Positions 28,136-32,000 of a DNA stretch of 32,000 bases are shown piece after piece. The DNA is taken from assembly GCF_000018465.1 (NCBI RefSeq), contig NC_010085.1, positions 630,001-662,000 on the forward strand. The letters are read 5' to 3'. The DNA comes from Nitrosopumilus maritimus SCM1 (GTDB taxonomy: Archaea > Thermoproteota > Nitrososphaeria > Nitrososphaerales > Nitrosopumilaceae). Position numbers and translations under genes: made by a program. Numbering within the stretch: the first letter of the stretch is position 1; each line of letters starts with the position of its first letter. The notes below the pieces were generated by a model, which saw only the letters and a program-made list of their open reading frames with translations, was not told the origin of the DNA and searched no databases.

Positions 28136-28795
28136 ATGGATTTAGAAAAATTTCGGAACGATGTGTATGATATGACTGAAAAATTATCTGTAAATTTGAA
28201 AGAAAAAGACTTTCCAAAACTAAACTATGTACGACAACAATTAATTGAAATGTATCAGAAAAACTTGGTAAAAATTAACCATTCTATTTTGGAGTTAATT
28301 TGTGCAAGTAATTTAATTTCTAGAGGATACGCTGTAGATGTTGAAAAAGAAATTTCTGAAATTTTAGTTTGTGATATTTTTGCCAAAAAAGGCGGTGGTA
28401 ATACCATTATAGAAATTGAAACAGGCTTTACTCCTCCTGAACATGCAATGGATACTATAGATTACTTTACTGCAAGAATAATGAGCAAAATTGCAAGGTA
28501 TAGTCAACATTGTTCTAAATTTTCCTTGGCCAGTCCTGCAACTGGAATTTTACCCATCCCGAAAATTTTCTTACTTCCTCCTAATGCTAGAAAGAAAGAA
28601 GATGTTCAAAAAGTCAAAGATCTCTGTGACAAATATTACAAAAACCCTCCAATAGAATATGATGATATCTTGAATGCCCATCTACACTCTGTTTATTTGA
28701 TTAACATTGATGGTGGATTTGTAAAAGAATTAGATCCACAAGGGTATGTTGATTTAACAAACGATCTATTGAGTCGAAGTGAAATAGAATACTAG
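28136..28795 (+). CDS. Hypothetical protein, possible PD-(D/E)XK-like nuclease fold
   Basis: ISRGYAVDVEKEISEILVCDIFAKKGGGNTIIEIETG resembles the D...ExE/K core strand pattern; weak. Confidence 0.55.
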   Translation: MDLEKFRNDVYDMTEKLSVNLKEKDFPKLNYVRQQLIEMYQKNLVKINHSILELICASNLISRGYAVDVEKEISEILVCDIFAKKGGGNTIIEIETGFTPPEHAMDTIDYFTARIMSKIARYSQHCSKFSLASPATGILPIPKIFLLPPNARKKEDVQKVKDLCDKYYKNPPIEYDDILNAHLHSVYLINIDGGFVKELDPQGYVDLTNDLLSRSEIEY

Positions 28796-28846
28796 GTACA
28801 AATCTACGAAAAAATTCAAATTCATCTATGAAATATCTATAATAAG

Positions 28847-28981
28847 ATGATCTGTGCTGCTTGTGAAACTAGGAAACATTTTGAATGCATTGATTGTATG
28901 AATAATCATAAAACCTATCTATGTTCATGTGATTGCCATGATGAAAATACTGAACCTCACCCAATAGGAAAATCCCATTAA
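28847..28981 (+). CDS. Cys/His-rich mini-protein (44 aa)
   Basis: Hand translation: MICAACETRKHFECIDCMNNHKTYLCSCDCHDENTEPHPIGKSH*; below ORF-track cutoff. Confidence 0.5.
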   Translation: MICAACETRKHFECIDCMNNHKTYLCSCDCHDENTEPHPIGKSH

Positions 28982-28982
28982 A

Positions 28983-29663
28983 TTAACTCTTGAATTTTCT
29001 TTCAATTTCTTGAGCCATAACTTCTAGTTTACTTGTATCTCCAAACTTTCTGTATGTCAGTTTTTCAAGAGTCTTAATTATGCTAATTGCTGCCCGATAC
29101 TGAGGTATTTCAGGCTCATTTAATTCTCCATACATGCCAATTCCGTGAATTTCGTTCTTTTTTGCAAATCCCAAAATTAATCCATTAAAACCTGTAATGA
29201 TTGATTTTTGTGGAGTCATATCTACTCCTAATCCCTCCATCTGTTTAGTCAACTCTCTAGATGTTGTAGTGATGTATGTTTTTGGATTATTTTTGTATGG
29301 TCTATTTGTATGAAATCCTCCAAGTGTATAGATGAATTTTGTAGAATATTTTTTTGCAACATCAATAACATCTTGACACAATGCATTTAATTCCGCAGTA
29401 CTTTGTGGTTGTCCTTTTCCTCCACCAAAAATAATTAAATCGTCAGTGTATCTATATTCCCAACTTTCATCTGGAAGATCAATATATCCACCTCTATCTA
29501 CAACATATGTTGGAAACGGAGTTGTAGAAATTCTAAATGTTTTAGTTCTTAATGATTCATTGATAAAATTAATGACAATACTTCCAACATTTCCCATGTC
29601 TTGCATTGCTGCAATGATGATGGGTTTTTCAACATCTGGTTCTTGGTCTTGTCTGAAATCCAC
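28983..29663 (-). CDS. PAC2-family protein (proteasome assembly chaperone-like)
   Basis: AAMQDMGNVGSIVINFINESL, DDLIIFGGGKGQPQS, IYTLGGFHTNRP, SIITGFNGLILGFAKKNEIHGIGMYGE. Confidence 0.85.
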   Translation of the reverse strand: MDFRQDQEPDVEKPIIIAAMQDMGNVGSIVINFINESLRTKTFRISTTPFPTYVVDRGGYIDLPDESWEYRYTDDLIIFGGGKGQPQSTAELNALCQDVIDVAKKYSTKFIYTLGGFHTNRPYKNNPKTYITTTSRELTKQMEGLGVDMTPQKSIITGFNGLILGFAKKNEIHGIGMYGELNEPEIPQYRAAISIIKTLEKLTYRKFGDTSKLEVMAQEIERKFKS

Positions 29664-29912
29664 ACTTCGTTACAAATTTCATCAACTTTAAACATATGCT
29701 GATTTTATGTCTAAATTTTTTCAACTTTGTATGCAACACTAATGTTTTCTCAAATTTTTAATGTCTAATTTTGAGCCTAATCGAAAAACATGATTTTTCC
29801 AATAGGTAAAAACATTATCATATTTTAACTCTTGGAGATCTTTGTTTCTTTTTTTAATGATCGAGAAAAACATGAAGATTCATAAGGCAAAAAAACATTC
29901 TATCGACAAATT

Positions 29913-31637
29913 ATGGAAACATCCATGGAAAACATCGGAACATTGGAGTATGTTCTTGACAAATACTCAAAAATCTGGTGCTGGAAGATAACTGGTGAGC
30001 GTGCTGTAAGCATGATCTCTAGATTGGTGCCTGAGGCTTGGTATGGGGAAAATGTCAACGAAGTGATTATTCCTGATAGTACTGAAAGTGTAAAACAAAT
30101 CAAACTGATCCTTGATAGGTATCCTCTTGATATTTTATCAAAAACCACTTGGCAAAGAAAAATCGTCAAAACCTATGCTCCCAAACCTACTTTGCCTCCA
30201 GTAAAACACAAACTAAAACGAGCAAAAACAGGAGACCAATTTAGAGGAAAATTACTAAACTTCCAAAAAGAAGGTTTAGATTTCTTAATGAAATCCTCTG
30301 GTAATGCATTATTAGCTGATGAAATGGGTCTTGGAAAAACAGTACAAACATTATCTTATGTTGCAACTGAGAAACAAACATTTCCCGTTTTAGTTGTTGC
30401 ACCATTAGTTACATTAAACAATTGGGAACGAGAAATTGAAAAATTTCTTAAGAAAAAAAGCCGAAATGGAAGATTACTTGAATCTGAATCTCCTACTGTT
30501 ACCTTAATTAGAACTGGAAAGAAAAAAAAACTTCCTAAAACTGACATTTATGTAATAAATTATGAATTACTTTTCAAAAGATATGATGATTTGGCAAAAG
30601 TTGGAATCAAAACTGTTGTATGTGATGAAGTCCATAATTTAAGATCTAAAACAACTCAAAAATACAAATCAATAAAAAAATTAGCTGCATTACCATCAGT
30701 GTCTTATCGAATTGGACTTTCCGGAACCCCTATCTACAACCGTGGTTCTGAAATTTGGCCAATCATTGATATTTTGAAACCTGGACTCCTTGGAAGTTTC
30801 AAAGAATTTTGTGAATACTTTTGTTATGTAAATGAAAAGGGTAAGGCAATTGTATTGGAAAATAAACGTGCATCACTTAGAAACGAACTCCAAAAACATG
30901 TTATGCTTAGACGCAAAAAATCTGATGTGCTAAAAGAACTCAAAGATAAAGTACGCTACAAGGAAGTCATTGCAGCAGACACTGATTACTATGTTGAAGA
31001 ATTAGACAAAATTTGGAAACGCTTAGAAGAAGAGCAAAAAGAGGCTGAATCCGAATTTTCAAAATCAGCTTCATATCATAGAGCAATACAGAGTGAAAGA
31101 CAAATTGCAGGCTTGGCAAAACTACCTCATGTTATCAATTTTGTAAAAAATATCATGGAAATTGAGGAAAGTGTTGTAGTTTTTTGTCATCATAAAGTAA
31201 TTCACAAATTACTCCATGAGAGTCTTCAAGAATTCTCACCTGTATCGATAATTGGAGGCCAATCTGATACCCTGAGACAAGATCAGATAGATAAATTCCA
31301 AAAAGGCGAATCAAAATTAATGATTGCAGGAATTCGTGCAGGAAATGTAGGAATTAATTTAACTCGAGCAAAATATGTTATTTTTGCAGAACTTGATTGG
31401 AGTCCTGCAATCCACAGACAAGCTGAAGATCGTTTGCATAGAATTGGACAACAGAATACTGTATTTGCATATTATTTGATTGGTAATGGCACACTTGATG
31501 ATCATGTTGCAAATGTTTTGGTAGACAAGAGTTATGAAATCGATGAAATTATGGATGAAAGTGTTGAAACCTTTGAAAATAAAGACAAAGCACAACTTAT
31601 TCTTGCACAAATTCAAGACAAAATACGTTCAAAATAA
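29913..31637 (+). CDS. Snf2/Swi2-family DNA-dependent ATPase
   Basis: LLADEMGLGKTVQTLSYVA, CDEVHNLRS, IGLSGTPIYN, GIRAGNVGINLTRAKYVIFAELDWSPAIHRQAEDRLHRIGQQNTV. Confidence 0.93.
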   Translation: METSMENIGTLEYVLDKYSKIWCWKITGERAVSMISRLVPEAWYGENVNEVIIPDSTESVKQIKLILDRYPLDILSKTTWQRKIVKTYAPKPTLPPVKHKLKRAKTGDQFRGKLLNFQKEGLDFLMKSSGNALLADEMGLGKTVQTLSYVATEKQTFPVLVVAPLVTLNNWEREIEKFLKKKSRNGRLLESESPTVTLIRTGKKKKLPKTDIYVINYELLFKRYDDLAKVGIKTVVCDEVHNLRSKTTQKYKSIKKLAALPSVSYRIGLSGTPIYNRGSEIWPIIDILKPGLLGSFKEFCEYFCYVNEKGKAIVLENKRASLRNELQKHVMLRRKKSDVLKELKDKVRYKEVIAADTDYYVEELDKIWKRLEEEQKEAESEFSKSASYHRAIQSERQIAGLAKLPHVINFVKNIMEIEESVVVFCHHKVIHKLLHESLQEFSPVSIIGGQSDTLRQDQIDKFQKGESKLMIAGIRAGNVGINLTRAKYVIFAELDWSPAIHRQAEDRLHRIGQQNTVFAYYLIGNGTLDDHVANVLVDKSYEIDEIMDESVETFENKDKAQLILAQIQDKIRSK

Positions 31638-31949
31638 CTAGACATTTAATTTTGTTTTGAGTTTTGATAATTTTTCAATAATGTTTGTCTTCTTTTCTAG
31701 TTCAATTTGAGAATCTTGTATTTCTTTTACTACATCATCTATTAAACTAAGAATTTCAATTTCAGGTTTTATTTCACCAAATTTTATTTTATCAAATCCA
31801 TCTGTTTCTGTTTTATCAATTTCTTCTACTCCTTCAGGTAATATCTCATATACTTTGATAATTTTTTCATCTTGTCTTTGAGGTGACATGAGAACAAATT
31901 GGTTTTGTCTCAATTTTTCTATCTCTTGCAAAATCTCTGTTTCTGACAC
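31638..31949 (-). CDS. Hypothetical coiled-coil protein
   Basis: 103 aa ORF; abuts the Snf2 stop codon tail-to-tail with no intergenic gap. Confidence 0.6.
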   Translation of the reverse strand: MSETEILQEIEKLRQNQFVLMSPQRQDEKIIKVYEILPEGVEEIDKTETDGFDKIKFGEIKPEIEILSLIDDVVKEIQDSQIELEKKTNIIEKLSKLKTKLNV

Positions 31950-32000
31950 TTGTAAAATATCAATAATTTGATCAATATTGCATGATTTTATCTGAAGCAG

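Noticed and set aside
28136-31637. Nuclease-like + Snf2 ATPase region as a possible defence island
   Set aside because: Nuclease call is weak, genes are not in one operon (PAC2 gene lies between on the opposite strand), and no methyltransferase, integrase or known defence domain is present; kept only as separate lower-confidence observations
1-32000. CRISPR arrays, rRNA genes, transposons, prophage
   Set aside because: No regularly spaced repeats, rRNA-like conserved stretches, transposase motifs or structural phage proteins were recognised in either strand

Overview
This is an AT-rich, gene-dense archaeal chromosome segment. Gene content and style suggest an ammonia-oxidising Thaumarchaeote / Nitrosopumilus-like organism (inference, no database search was run). 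It looks like core chromosome: I see no transposase, integrase, phage module, rRNA or CRISPR array. Recognisable genes: tRNA m1A58 methyltransferase, NAD(P)HX dehydratase, M20 peptidase, DoxX, a proteasome beta subunit, PUA protein, homoserine dehydrogenase, MsrB, a two-domain ThyX-like protein, CdvA, AMP-forming acetyl-CoA synthetase, PAS protein, FEN1, TrmB-like regulator, matrixin-type metalloprotease with a response regulator, tRNA-Ser(CGA), nitroreductase, Lrp/AsnC effector domain, SRPBCC protein, JAMM/MPN protein behind a large coiled-coil protein, DppB/DppC permeases, SWIM zinc finger, ArsC/Spx-like protein, PAC2 protein and a Snf2-family ATPase. Most interesting: (1) a double ThyX-like protein whose halves keep different parts of the catalytic signature; (2) a proteasome beta subunit lacking Thr1; (3) a membrane-tethered matrixin overlapping a response regulator; (4) a coiled-coil + JAMM + zinc-ribbon cluster; (5) two intergenic inverted-repeat structures that may be ncRNAs or a 5' UTR element; (6) several short Cys/His-rich mini-ORFs missing from the supplied ORF track. 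I found no clear-cut novel defence or mobile system.
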